64,000 nt of DNA, taken from Cyanobacteria bacterium P01_A01_bin.123 (GTDB lineage Bacteria > Cyanobacteriota > Cyanobacteriia > Phormidesmidales > Phormidesmidaceae). This document shows, in pieces, positions 48,945 to 60,400 of the stretch. Position 1 is the stretch's first letter; each line of letters opens with the position of its first letter. Under the pieces are notes generated by a model. It saw nothing but the letters and a program-made list of their open reading frames with translations, ran no database searches and was not told where the DNA came from. Where the stretch lies: assembly GCA_039815185.1 (NCBI GenBank), contig JBCBZT010000022.1, positions 59,792 to 123,791 on the forward strand. The letters run 5' to 3'. The position numbers and the translations under genes were made by a program.

Positions 48945-49217
48945 ATGCTGGATCAAACCGTCCAATTTCTAACGCCAGAAGAATCCGCCGAGGTTGATAA
49001 GTCGTTAATGACCAGTCCAGAGAAATTTCTCACCCGGCTGACGATTTCTACCGCTAAGCTACTTAAGGTCATTTCTAAGGACTTGGATACCCCAGTAGAG
49101 GCGTTGACTGCCAAGCAAATCATCGAGTTCTTTGAAAAAGACGCCAAACTCAAGCAGGAAAAAGGCGTTAGTGCTTCAGTCCTCAAGTGGCAAGCTCAAA
49201 ACGTCGACGACCTCTAG
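48945..49217 (+). CDS. Small cyanobacterial-type hypothetical protein
   Basis: FLTPEESAEVDKSLMTSPEKFLTRLTIS pattern; occupies its own intergenic space. Confidence 0.7.
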   Translation: MLDQTVQFLTPEESAEVDKSLMTSPEKFLTRLTISTAKLLKVISKDLDTPVEALTAKQIIEFFEKDAKLKQEKGVSASVLKWQAQNVDDL

Positions 49218-49334
49218 ACCCAACAGGATTCCTCTGATCAGCGGATCCCGAATGGACGTTAGCTGCCATTGGGTTGGGCCTAACCCCTAGGAAGCTGTCA
49301 CAACACAAAAGATGGGGCTAGATGAGGTCAAGGT

Positions 49335-50456
49335 TTAATTCAGTAAATGCTCAAACTGGGCCGCTGTGGCTGCTTGCCCCCGACGAAAGCATAGGCTGCT
49401 GTAGAGCTGAAAGGCTGAATCCCAATTGCTGGGTTTAACCCGTGCCAGATCTAAACAAGGGTTGAAGCCTGATAGCAAGTCAATATACTCTAAAGCCCCT
49501 TCTCCAAAGGCTGTGAAGTCTGACAAGATGGGACTCTTAACTTGGGCATCAATGTACTGGGTGAGGCGGTTCCAGTTGATCCGCGTAGTAGTCTGGGACA
49601 ACGCAGGCTGAACGGCATCAGCATCGCTAAAGGGATCACCCTGCTGAAACTCATAGGTGCGATCGCAGAGGCGTAAAATTGTGGATCGTCCGTATAGATG
49701 CAAGTCTAAGCAGTGGGCGTAGTCTTGGGTTTTTTGTTTCCGTTCGAGCTTTTGCCACGGCCCCAGATCGATCACACTTTCAAAGATGGGCAACAGGCCA
49801 GTGACCCGTTGATTGACCTCAGACCAGCTAAAGGTAATGGTGCCCATCTGTTTACTATCATTGGCACACACCACCACAGCGTGGGGGGCAACAGCTCGAA
49901 AGAAAAGCACCTGAAACACTTCGATATTTGTGAGATCAGCTAGCTTAGTCCAATAAACTGGGGTGTTCGCTGCTTTCAGCGCCTCACCGTAGTGTTGCAA
50001 CTCCCCAATTCCCCCCACGCGATACATGCGAAACCCTTTGCCCGGTAGCTGCATGCGCGCTGTGTAAGGGTCGAGTTTCATGACCGTAGCCAACCCCTGG
50101 GCTGCCTCAGCCCGTTGATCAGGGGCCACCGGGTCAAGTAACAATACTGCGGGCTGATCACTACCGGGGGCAGCTTTTGCTTGGGCAATCGCATCTTGGC
50201 GTTCAGCTTCCTGTGCTGCCATGATCCGTTCAATCCCTTGACGGGCCTGGGTCATGATGCGCGAATTGCGGGTCACTTTAAGCAAGTTGCGATAAGTTGT
50301 TTCAGCTGCCTTTGCCTTACCCGTGGCCTCCTGGTAACGCCCAATGTAAATCCCTAACCATGGATCCTTGGGAGACTGCTCTTGCCACTGTTTTAGGAGT
50401 TGAGCTGCGCCTTTGTAGTCGTGTTGGTCTAGCGCTGATGCGACCTCATGCTGCAT
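49335..50456 (-). CDS. TPR-containing conserved protein
   Basis: N-terminal TPR-like helices (DYKGAAQLL..DPWLGIYIGR..AETTYRNLL). Confidence 0.75.
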   Translation of the reverse strand: MQHEVASALDQHDYKGAAQLLKQWQEQSPKDPWLGIYIGRYQEATGKAKAAETTYRNLLKVTRNSRIMTQARQGIERIMAAQEAERQDAIAQAKAAPGSDQPAVLLLDPVAPDQRAEAAQGLATVMKLDPYTARMQLPGKGFRMYRVGGIGELQHYGEALKAANTPVYWTKLADLTNIEVFQVLFFRAVAPHAVVVCANDSKQMGTITFSWSEVNQRVTGLLPIFESVIDLGPWQKLERKQKTQDYAHCLDLHLYGRSTILRLCDRTYEFQQGDPFSDADAVQPALSQTTTRINWNRLTQYIDAQVKSPILSDFTAFGEGALEYIDLLSGFNPCLDLARVKPSNWDSAFQLYSSLCFRRGQAATAAQFEHLLN

Positions 50457-50656
50457 AACTCAAGTGTCTCCTTTATGTTGCCTTGAGGGGGCCAAGGCAT
50501 TGCTAGTGAAAAGTATAGTCTCCTCATTATTCTACGTGGGAGGCTCGGAGATGGCATCCTTGCCACCAGTGTTATCAGCAACTGAATGCAATGCATTGGA
50601 GCGCACTGGAATGAACTCGCTAAGCAGAAATGAAGAAATATGCCGGGTCTCGTTTG

Positions 50657-51514
50657 CTATTCTTGATAGCCCAAAGAGAGCATTTTGCTGCGACAGATAT
50701 GATTGATCCGGTCAAGATTTTTAGCGCCAAAGAAATCAATCCAAGATATATTTCGATTACCAATGGGTTGAAACTGATTATCTACGTATTCCTCAATATC
50801 AGTTGAATATTCAAGGCAGAGCTGGGTAGCAAGCCATCTAATAAATGCAACCTTGTCTGCCATAAAATCCTCATACCGAATTAGTTGTATTCTTTCTTTT
50901 TGGGTTTCATATAAGTCTATTGACGTTGTCCATCGATAAGCTAATTTCTCGATATAGTTATCCCCATCAACCTTAGGCAATTCACCTTCGAGAAGCAATC
51001 TCCAGGCGGTTCGCTCTGGCAAACTTTTCAATTGATCGTTATCCAATTGATCCAAGTTTCCTGGTATATCGAGTCGATTTAAAATGCTACGTATATTATC
51101 CCTCGGATCGCGCGCGATAAAAACAAATTGGGATTCAGAAAAGTTTTCTATTACGCTATTGATCATAAAAATAAAATATGGGTCTTTTATTATGGCTGTT
51201 GAAAAATGATGTTTGTTTTGATTAATGACTTCTTTAAAGGAGAGAGACCCTATTTGCATATCTTCTCTAATCTTGATAGAGCTATCTATCCTGTAGAAGG
51301 GATCAATCGTAACCGCTTGATTAGTTGCTTTGCCTAACAACGAGGCTATTACAGTCGTACCAGCCTTGGGATTTCCCAAGATGATTATTGGTTTAGGGTG
51401 TACAGTAGATGACCATCTTCTGTAGGCGGTCTTTAGTGACTCCAGTGGCGTGCTTAAATCACCCAGAGGATTTTTCAAAGAATATGGAAATTTTGTCATC
51501 GTTAAATATTCCAA
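50657..51514 (-). CDS. Sulfotransferase family protein (AT-rich gene)
   Basis: PIIILGNPKAGTTVIASLL, IKDP, FIARDPRDNIRS, IRYEDF. Confidence 0.82.
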   Translation of the reverse strand: MEYLTMTKFPYSLKNPLGDLSTPLESLKTAYRRWSSTVHPKPIIILGNPKAGTTVIASLLGKATNQAVTIDPFYRIDSSIKIREDMQIGSLSFKEVINQNKHHFSTAIIKDPYFIFMINSVIENFSESQFVFIARDPRDNIRSILNRLDIPGNLDQLDNDQLKSLPERTAWRLLLEGELPKVDGDNYIEKLAYRWTTSIDLYETQKERIQLIRYEDFMADKVAFIRWLATQLCLEYSTDIEEYVDNQFQPIGNRNISWIDFFGAKNLDRINHICRSKMLSLGYQE

Positions 51515-51858
51515 TTATTGAGATTGACCGTTAGTTCTAAACCAAGTTCAGTTCAGGATCTGGCGTTGCTCTATCGACAAAATTCCAGGTTTGGACTTGG
51601 GCAATCTGTATTACTGCTACTTGACCCCAAAGCACAAACTACGAATCCAGTGACTAAATCTGAATACGATGATTCATGCGCAGGGGTGTAAGTTCCCGTT
51701 GGCATCTGCACTATGCTAGAGAAGGAATCTGAGATGTGGTTTGAGAAGTCACATATGGGCTGCATTCGCCCCCTTGTATTGTTGAAAATGTGGCAGACCG
51801 TTCCCCTCTGGGTTGCACGAAACCGTATCTGTAGCTGCACTTCTGAGACTTAGTATTA

Positions 51859-53256
51859 CTAGGTCAAGTTGTCTCGTTTTGCCTGCAGCTTGAGCAGTGC
51901 TTCTGCGTGAATTTCACGGGTTAATGGGTAAAAATAGACCAGAACCAACCCACAAAGCAGCAACCCTAGAGGCACAAACCCCATACATGCTCGAATTGCC
52001 CACAGCGCAGAATCTACTTGGTCTGGGGCATCAGCTATAAATCCGGAGAACTCCAGCACTTGCCCCACTAACCAAAGCCCACCCGCTAGCCCCAATTTTT
52101 GCAGAAAGGTCATGAAGGCATAGAAGATACCCTCGCGCCGTTCGCCAGTTTCAAGTTCGTCGAGTTCAATCACATCGGGCAGCATTGCCCAGGGGACAAC
52201 ATAGGCTGTCGCCACACCAAAACTGGCCGCCATACATAGCCCATACATGAGTCCCAACTGCCCTGGCTGCAAGAAAAACAGACCCACTTGCACGATTATC
52301 CATGAGCCAGCCCCGATAAAAAATAATCCGCGTTTGCCGACCCGTTTACTAATCAGGTTACAGACAAACATCATGGGAATCGCGATACCCTGCACCAGCA
52401 AAGCCGCTAAAAAATAGCTGTCTTGCTCCATCCAGTAGTTGACATAGAACGGTAAAACGCTAGCTGTTACCTGGAGGGCTAACCAAGCAAACAGGTAGAT
52501 GCCAATCACATACAAAAAAGCGCGGTTACGGAGGGCAACTTTTAGCTGTTGTCCCAGGGGCATTGTAGTGGAGAGGTCGGCTTTGTCATGCCGTTGGATC
52601 AGCTGAGCCTGCTGGGTGCGAAAGCGCGGATAGGTGCCAAAGATGCAGGCAAAAATAGGAATTATCGACAGTGTGGCACAGACTCCCCCCAACACCAGGT
52701 ATTGGGTTTGCAAATCGGTAATGATGCCACTGATAACTAGCCCTAAAGCTAGCGCTGCGATTGCCCCAGCCAACGAAAATGAGAGTCGAAATGAGGTTAG
52801 CTCGGTACGTTCATCATAGTCTTGGGTAAGTTCGGCGGTGAGCGTGGAGTAGGGCAAGTTCACCGTCGTAAAAAAGACTTGGAATAGCACTGAAGTGATC
52901 ACGTAATACCAAAATTTTGACTGCGGCTCTTCAAACCCAGGCACAATCCAGGTCAGAAAAAAGGTCAAGCCAAAGGGCAAGGCACTGATAAACATCCAGG
53001 GATAGCGTCGTCCCCAACGGCTACGGGTGCGATCGCTCAGGATTCCAATCATCGGATCATTGACGGCATCCCAGGCTTTGCCAATGAGCAATACGGTTCC
53101 AGCCATTCCAGGACTTAACCCTGCCACGCTGGTCAAAAAAATCAAGGATGAAAACGCAATCAAATTGGTCGTCATCCCTGTGCCCATATCCCCCGCACCA
53201 TAGGCTAGCTTGGCTGCGATGGAGAAGGATGGTGGTGCCGTCGGTGTATCATTCAA
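51859..53256 (-). CDS. GPH (MelB/UidB-like) MFS transporter
   Basis: KLAYGAGD, WDAVNDPMIGILSDRTRSRWGRRYPW, ELTQDYDERT, GERREGIFY; GGAGG 8 nt before the TTG start. Confidence 0.92.
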   Translation of the reverse strand: MNDTPTAPPSFSIAAKLAYGAGDMGTGMTTNLIAFSSLIFLTSVAGLSPGMAGTVLLIGKAWDAVNDPMIGILSDRTRSRWGRRYPWMFISALPFGLTFFLTWIVPGFEEPQSKFWYYVITSVLFQVFFTTVNLPYSTLTAELTQDYDERTELTSFRLSFSLAGAIAALALGLVISGIITDLQTQYLVLGGVCATLSIIPIFACIFGTYPRFRTQQAQLIQRHDKADLSTTMPLGQQLKVALRNRAFLYVIGIYLFAWLALQVTASVLPFYVNYWMEQDSYFLAALLVQGIAIPMMFVCNLISKRVGKRGLFFIGAGSWIIVQVGLFFLQPGQLGLMYGLCMAASFGVATAYVVPWAMLPDVIELDELETGERREGIFYAFMTFLQKLGLAGGLWLVGQVLEFSGFIADAPDQVDSALWAIRACMGFVPLGLLLCGLVLVYFYPLTREIHAEALLKLQAKRDNLT

Positions 53257-53284
53257 GGACTTGACCTCCCATTCAGTTGTGGCT

Positions 53285-53800
53285 ATGTCCGACTTGTATG
53301 TTTCCTGGTCAGACTATCATCGCAAAATTGAGCAACTTGCGATTCAAATTCACCAGTCTGGCTGGCAATTTAATCAAATTGTGTGTCTTGCGAAGGGTGG
53401 CTTACGCATTGGCGATATGCTCTGTCGTTTGTTTGACCAACCCTTAGCCATTCTTTCAACGGCCTCCTATGGGGGAGAGAACAATCAGGTCAGGGGATCA
53501 ATTACCTTTTCTCGCGACCTGAGTATGACTACAGCGAATCTGGGCAGCCATATTTTATTGGTAGATGATTTAGTTGATTCTGGGATGAGCCTAAAGCGAT
53601 CGCTGGTGTGGCTCGATCGCAAATACGGCTTCTACATCGATGAAGTCCGCACTGCAGTCCTATGGCACAAAGCCTGCTCTATCTCTGAACCCGACTATGC
53701 CGTCGATTACTTAGAGGACAATCCCTGGATTCATCAACCCTTCGAAAAATATGAACTGATGGGTTTAGATGATTTGGTTCAAGATCATCAAGACACCTGA
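53285..53800 (+). CDS. Phosphoribosyltransferase (xanthine/guanine PRT-like)
   Basis: YVSWSDY, CLAKGG, LLVDDLVDSG (PRPP motif), WIHQPFE; ATG 53285. Confidence 0.88.
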   Translation: MSDLYVSWSDYHRKIEQLAIQIHQSGWQFNQIVCLAKGGLRIGDMLCRLFDQPLAILSTASYGGENNQVRGSITFSRDLSMTTANLGSHILLVDDLVDSGMSLKRSLVWLDRKYGFYIDEVRTAVLWHKACSISEPDYAVDYLEDNPWIHQPFEKYELMGLDDLVQDHQDT

Positions 53801-53820
53801 TGGAAATTTTGGCTCATGCC

Positions 53821-53856
53821 AAAAAGGCTTGGAGACATATGTCTCCAAGCCCTTTT
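53821..53856. terminator. Bidirectional intrinsic terminator between convergent genes
   Basis: Perfect 26-bp palindrome GGCTTGGAGACATATGTCTCCAAGCC flanked by A and T runs. Confidence 0.85.
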
Positions 53857-53895
53857 CAGAGTTTTTAGTACTGACGGGTAGACCGTAGCCTAAAC

Positions 53896-54750
53896 CTAAG
53901 CTGATTGACGCTTACGCCTAGCTGCAACAATGCCACCAACGGTGACTAAGCCTATGAGTGCAGAAGGCTCAGGTACAGACTCAGAATCCGTCGGATCTGC
54001 AATGAAGAACTCATAGTTACCTGCATGGGAAAAGCCATCATTGGAAACCTGGCCTGAAGCAGTGGGCTGAGCAAAGCTGTAGTAGTAATTGGTTTCACCG
54101 TTGAGGCTAACCTTCACCACTTCACTGGCGTACAACCCTGTCAACAGGCTATTGACGTTACCAGCATCGCTGTGAGCAGCCAAACCAAAAGTAACCCCGT
54201 CATCGGACTCGCTAATGTAAGCAACGTTGGGATCGCTCAGACGAGCAAAGCCACCCTGGGATGCAAAAGCGTTAAAGATGTTGTTGCTGTCACTGGCCAG
54301 GGCAGATGCAAATGGTGCGGGAGTTCCCTGGCTAATCAAATAAGCCTCGAACCGAGTTGTAATTGTGCTGCCATAAACATTCATCGCTTCAGCAAACCAG
54401 GTTTGAGCCAGGTTGCCACTGCCAAACCAGTCGTCATTGGTCAAGCTGCTGAAGGTTACTTCTCGACCACTGTCGAGATTAGCAGTCAAGGTATTAGCAG
54501 GTGCAAACAAGTCAGCACTAGCCGCGCCATCGTTGAGTTCAACGTTACCACCAGGGGCACCAGCATTGCCGTCTAGGATATCGCCCAAGTTGTAACCCGG
54601 CTCCGCCAAGAAGGTTTCAGTGCCGTTGGAATCAAATACGGTGGTGTCACCGGAGGTGCTGTAAGTGTCAGCGGCGGCTGGCGCAACGGCGATCGCTCCT
54701 GCACCAAGGACAACAGCTGCGCTCATCAGAAGATGTTTCATAGGATTCAT
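53896..54750 (-). CDS. PEP-CTERM exosortase-sorted surface protein
   Basis: Signal peptide MKHLLMSAAVVLGAGAIAVAPAAA; C-terminal VPEPSALIGLVTVGGIVAARRKRQ. Start at 54750 or 54741, not 54942. Confidence 0.9.
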   Translation of the reverse strand: MNPMKHLLMSAAVVLGAGAIAVAPAAADTYSTSGDTTVFDSNGTETFLAEPGYNLGDILDGNAGAPGGNVELNDGAASADLFAPANTLTANLDSGREVTFSSLTNDDWFGSGNLAQTWFAEAMNVYGSTITTRFEAYLISQGTPAPFASALASDSNNIFNAFASQGGFARLSDPNVAYISESDDGVTFGLAAHSDAGNVNSLLTGLYASEVVKVSLNGETNYYYSFAQPTASGQVSNDGFSHAGNYEFFIADPTDSESVPEPSALIGLVTVGGIVAARRKRQSA

Positions 54751-55415
54751 AGGTTGTGTTATGGACGTTGCGTTGTTGAATGGGGTGGTATCAAAGGGCA
54801 CGGGGTGTATCCTTCTCAATCTTGAACTTTTTGAATAGACGTTCACCCTGGAAAAACCACGTTTAGCCGTGTCTTTGATCACACTTAGTCGATCTCGACC
54901 GATTTTTTTAAGCGTGCTCTTTGTAACAGTCTTCCCAATCATATGGCAGCGCTCAACGATTCGGGTAAAGCTGCTGCTAATTGTTGTTGGTTAAATATCA
55001 AGAGCTTAAAAATTTGGCCAAAAGCTTATCAGGAGAAGTTTATGGTGCTTGCAAAAACTGCTAGAAGCCTTTGAAAAATAAGGTTTCAGAATATGAGTAG
55101 ATTTTATTTTGAGAGATTTTAGATTAAAAAATAGGATGTTTTGTCGTCACAAATCGAGTAATTTTTAGTTCTTTTCGGGAAATACTTAAATGGGTTTTAG
55201 GTCGTTTTTTTAATTCTCTAAATTTAGCTTCGGTATCTACTGAAGTCACAGTCAATAGTGGCTTACGGAGTCAAATATAAAACTCTATTATCCGTGATTG
55301 CCGAAGCAATTGAGAGTGTCTCCTCCGTATATTACAGATCATCGAACCTACAGGTTGGCAGCCGACGCTCTATCCAAGCTGCCTAGAACCTGCTTTCAGC
55401 CGCCACTGGGTGAAA

Positions 55416-55466
55416 CTCCCATTAAAAAAAAGACGCCTGGTGAGGACGTCTCTTTTTTAATGGGAG
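55416..55466. terminator. Long hairpin downstream of cysC (probable terminator)
   Basis: CTCCCATTAAAAAAAAGACG...CGTCTCTTTTTTAATGGGAG inverted repeat. Confidence 0.7.
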
Positions 55467-55545
55467 AGATTGCAAAAATCTTGCAGGCTATTAGCTCAAG
55501 CCTCTTGCCTAAGCTAAAGACTTAAGGTTTCAAGTCGGGTGTGGT

Positions 55546-56082
55546 TTAGCCCAGATACTTCAGTTCCTTAAGTTTAGCCATGACTTTGCCCACACTTTCA
55601 TCTAGGGTTTCTAAATGGGTTTGGCAGTTAACCGCTGGGTTGAGTGGCGGTTCATAGGGATCATCGATCCCGGTAAAGTTTTTGATTTCTCCAGATCTAG
55701 CCCGCTTGTACAGACCTTTTACATCTCGTTCTTCACAGACTTCGAGCGGCGCACTGACGTAAACCTCAATCATGTCGCCGATCCGCTGATGCACCTCTTC
55801 ACGGATAGCGCGATAGGGCGAAATGGCTGAAACGAGCACAATTACGCCATTGCGGGTGAGCAAGTGAGAAACAAAGCCGATGCGGCGAATATTTTCATCG
55901 CGATCTTCTTTGCTAAACCCCAGTCCCTTAGTGAGATTAGTGCGAACGATATCTCCATCAAGCACTTCTAGCTTGCAATCTAACGATCGCAGTTCTTTCT
56001 CTAGCGCATCTGTAATCGTTGATTTACCTGCTCCACTTAAACCTGTCAGCCAAACGGTGACACCACGATGTTCAACAGCCAT
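55546..56082 (-). CDS. cysC: Adenylyl-sulfate kinase
   Basis: WLTGLSGAGKST, LDGDIVR, LGFSKEDRDENIRR, RDVKGLY, FTGIDDPYE. Confidence 0.97.
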   Translation of the reverse strand: MAVEHRGVTVWLTGLSGAGKSTITDALEKELRSLDCKLEVLDGDIVRTNLTKGLGFSKEDRDENIRRIGFVSHLLTRNGVIVLVSAISPYRAIREEVHQRIGDMIEVYVSAPLEVCEERDVKGLYKRARSGEIKNFTGIDDPYEPPLNPAVNCQTHLETLDESVGKVMAKLKELKYLG

Positions 56083-56409
56083 AGCGTTTTCAATACTCCT
56101 AACGACTAAATTAACGACTAAAGTCTAGAAATTGGCTCATGATAACGGCAGGGAGTGCACCTGTAGGCCACTCAGCCTCTGGTAGAACGTCTAACCTGGC
56201 CCAGAAACAGCCCAATTTATTGATCGATCGGGCCAGCAGCACCCAGCCAAGTTGAAAGCTAAGCTTTAGCTAAGATATATGGCTGCAAATCAAGGCCCGA
56301 TGTTCCCAGAACTCAATCTACAAAACTTTATAAGATCATAAAGCTTTGTTTACCGAATCGATTAAACGCCATTGAGTAGTCATGGCGTTAGGGTGGCATC
56401 AAATCCAAT

Positions 56410-57072
56410 TTACTGACACTTTTCATCGAAATAGGGGAGTCGCTCTGGTTCTGCGATCGCGGCTTCGCTCCACTGTTGAATCGCATCAGAGGCCTGGATT
56501 GCGTCCATAAAATACTGTGCTTCGGGGATCACTGGCACACCATAGGTGATCAATCGCAGTGCTACCGGGGCATACATGGCATCGGCAATGGAAAAATCGC
56601 CAAACATCCAGGGGCCATGCTGGCCGTAGTGTTGGTGGCAATCACGCCATAGGGTTTGAATCCGCTGGAGTTGTTGTTGAGCTGTTTCAGAAAAATCCGC
56701 CGCCGATCGAGAACAGCGGGCTCGGACATTCAACGGCAATTCTCCGCGTACCGCCAAAAAACCAGAATGCATTTCAGCAACCACAGATCGGGCAGTTGCC
56801 CTGGCTTTTTTATCCGCTGGCCAGCCCTTGGCCGTAGGCACAGCCTCTAAAACGTAATCCATGATGGCCACCGATTCCCAAACGCAAAATTCGTCATCGA
56901 TTAAAACTGGCACGCATCTCGTCGGTGTGTAGGTTCCGATTTCACGGTGCCATTGATCGGTAAAGAGCGGTAAGCGGATCTCTTCAAAGGGGATTTGATT
57001 TTGTTTCAGCCAAAACCAAGGCCTGAGCGACCAAGAAGAATAGTTTTTATTGCCAATGACCAACTTAAGCAC
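56410..57072 (-). CDS. Glutathione S-transferase family protein
   Basis: LVIGNKNYSSWSLRPW, VPVL, AEMHSGF, FSIADAMYAPV; GTG 57072 is the probable start. Confidence 0.92.
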   Translation of the reverse strand: MLKLVIGNKNYSSWSLRPWFWLKQNQIPFEEIRLPLFTDQWHREIGTYTPTRCVPVLIDDEFCVWESVAIMDYVLEAVPTAKGWPADKKARATARSVVAEMHSGFLAVRGELPLNVRARCSRSAADFSETAQQQLQRIQTLWRDCHQHYGQHGPWMFGDFSIADAMYAPVALRLITYGVPVIPEAQYFMDAIQASDAIQQWSEAAIAEPERLPYFDEKCQ

Positions 57073-57486
57073 GCTGTTTTTCTGTTCGTAGTTCAAGAGA
57101 ATAGGAGCAAAGGGCAGGGAAAACACAGGTTAGGTTCTGAGGCATTGCGGGAGTGAATCTTGCCTGTCAATACCCACCATCAAGATAATATGCCCCGCAT
57201 CAAACATTGTTCGTTCTATTGGAACCGAATTTTTGGATGGATGAAGCAGACTCTAATTTTCTCGCTGTTGTCAGAGAAGTAAACGATACAATAGGGCCAG
57301 CTTCGCGGCCCATGTTGCTGTCTCTTAGTAAGAGAGGGGTTCCTCTTTGCTGAGGCATTCTGGCATGGGTATGCTTTGAGGCTTGAGTGTCGGCGAATGC
57401 CTGTGGTGTTTATCCTGGGTCAGATCGCTCAAGCGACAGAAATTAAGGCAGTCTTAACGCTGTCAGTTTGTTTAGCGTCTGAGTCG

Positions 57487-60400
57487 ATGGCAATTTTACA
57501 CGGTAGCTGGATTTTTCACGAACAGCGGTTTTTTGTCTGGGGGGAAACTTGGCGACGATTGGAGGCCAATGAATTTCCCCCATTGGTGCCTCCCGGCCCC
57601 TATCCCTATGGACTCACACAAACCGAGTTGATTGAGCTGCTACGCCCTTACGCTCAAACCCCAGGACGGGCCACACCGGATGAATCGGTGGTAATGCAAT
57701 TGCCCGCCCATCTATTTGCTGCAGATGAGATTGGCGTTTTGACACCTTCGAAACGCCGCCCCTCAAGGAATCAGGGGGGCATTAAAGCTAAAGGGCAATA
57801 CAAGAAGGCTAAGTCTGAGGAAAGCTGGCGATCGCAGGCGGTTGGTTTGCCCACTCAACAGGCTGACACGACGCTGATCCCTCGGCTTTCGACTACTGCA
57901 GAAGCCAGCGTTGCCGCAAGCGCTGAATCAACCCCCATGGCAGATCCAGTGGCAACGTCAGAGTTGACGCTATTCCCTTGGATGGTAACGGGGTTATGGT
58001 TGACACCACGAGAAGCCTTTGCCTTGCTCAAAAGCTTGCCGTTGGGAGACAGCAGTAGCGGCTTGTCGTTGATTGGGCCAGACTTGCGGTTTTGGGCCCA
58101 TGTGACCCGATGGGCTCTAGACTTAATGGCCCGGAGTAAATTTTTACCCACGGTGGAACAAGCCCCTGAAGGCGCGATCGCGATCTGGCAGCCGCTGCTG
58201 GATAGCGCTGTCGATCAGCAGCGATTGCGGCAGTATGCCCTACACATGCCTGAGGTATGTCGCACCTATCAACGGCAGCAAATTCCAAAGGCCAGCGAAT
58301 TTCCCAAACTTGATTGCCCCCCCCCTGCCTCGACCCTACTGGTGAATTTTTTAGCCGCCCTGTTAAACCAAGACATCCGCGCCACTGCCCAAAGTCAACC
58401 TTTTCCGCCTTCAACCCCTTTGGGTAATGAACTGCCCCTGCGCGACTGGTTGCAAGCGCTCGCGGCAGAAGACGTCCAATTTGCCTCCAATTTGACGGCT
58501 ACCCTGCGACTTAAGGAAGCCCTCTCTACTTGGACAGCGCCCCTACAAAATTTGCAAGCAGGGCAAACCGCTGCCTTTTGTGCCGCGTTTTGCCTCAACC
58601 CCCCCCCCCAGGGACAACTGGATTGGACGCTCAGCTATGGTTTGCAAGCCACCGATGACCCTAAGTTTTGGGTCGGGGCTGGGGTGATTTGGCAGCACCC
58701 GGTTGATAGTCTCACCCAGGGCGATCGCGTCATTGACACCCCTCAAGAAACCCTGTTAGCAGGTTTGGGACGGGCCGCTCGACTCTATGAACCAATTGCT
58801 GCCAGCCTCGATCAGCAACAGCCTCAAGCTTGTTCACTCAATCCGGTGCAGGCCTATGAATTTATTAAATCCACTGCCTGGAAGCTCCAAGACAGCGGAT
58901 TTGGCACCGTGTTGCCGCCTAGCCTGGTTGATCAAACCGGGGATTGGGCCGATCGCTTAGGGTTGAGTGTTAGGGCTGAAGCTCCTAGCCGCAAACAGCG
59001 TAAATCTTTGGGTCTCAAAAGCCTGCTTAACTTTAAGTGGGAACTGACTATCGGCGGGGAAACGCTCTCAAAAGCAGATTTTGAGCGATTGGTGGCACTC
59101 AAAACGCCCCTAGTTGAAATCAACGGCAAATGGGTTGAGTTACGACCCCAAGACATCAAAGCGGCCCAAGACTTTTTTGGCAGTCGTAAACAGCAAACGA
59201 ACTTGTCTATTGAAGATGCCCTACGCATCAGTACCGGCGATGCCCAGACCATCGAAAAGCTCCCTGTGGTTAGCTTTGAAGCCGCCGGAGCCTTGGATGA
59301 ATTGATTACCACCCTGACCACAGGTAACCAGGCGTTGGAGCCGCTGAGTGAACCAGACGGCTTTAAAGGTGCCCTGCGCCCCTACCAGGCTCGAGGGGTA
59401 TCTTGGTTAGCTTTTCTAGAACAATGGGGCTTGGGAGCTTGCTTAGCCGACGATATGGGTTTAGGAAAAACCATCCAGCTGATTGCGTTTTTACTGCACC
59501 TCAAGCAGCAAGATCTATTAGAACAACCCATTCTACTGGTGTGTCCTACCTCCGTACTGGGTAACTGGGATCGAGAAGTCCGTCGCTTTGCCCCACCGCT
59601 CAAAACCCTGATTTATCATGGCGACAAACGGCCCCACGGCAGCGCTTTTGAACGGGCTGTGACGGCTGTGAATCTGGTGATCACCAGCTATGCCCTGGTT
59701 CAACGCGACCTCAAGGATCTTAAGCGGGTAGATTGGCAAGGCATTGTGTTGGATGAAGCTCAAAATATCAAAAACCCAGAAGCTAAGCAGTCCCAGGCTG
59801 TACGCGACATTGACGCTCAGTTCCGGATTGCTTTGACGGGGACGCCAGTGGAAAATCGACTGTCTGAACTGTGGTCGATTTTGGATTTTCTCAATCCGGG
59901 CTACCTTGGCCCCCGCAACTTTTTCCAGCGGCGGTTTGCTACCCCCATTGAGCGATACGGTGATACGGCGTCGCTCAAAACCCTGCGATCGCTGGTGCAG
60001 CCCTTTATCTTGCGACGGCTCAAAACCGATCGCAGCATTATCCAAGACCTGCCTGAGAAACAAGAGATGAGTGTTTTTTGTGGCTTAACGGCAGAACAGG
60101 CTTCCCTTTATCAAAAGTTAGTGGATGATTCCCTAGCGACGATTGATGATGCCGAAGGCGTACAGCGGCGTGGTTTAATTCTGGGTTTGCTGGTCAAACT
60201 CAAACAGGTGTGCAACCATCCAGCCCACTTTTTACAGCAGAAATCTTTGGGTAAACGGGATCGTTCCGGCAAGCTCCAGCGACTTGACGAAATGCTAGAG
60301 GAATTGCTTTCAGAGGGCGATCGCGCCCTAATTTTTACCCAGTTTGCTGAATGGGGGACCCTGCTCAAAACTCACCTAGAAAGGCAACTGAGTGCAGAAA

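Noticed and set aside
51571..51840. 89-aa minus-strand ORF between the transporter and sulfotransferase
   Set aside because: No motif, atypical composition, non-ATG start; not supportable as a gene.
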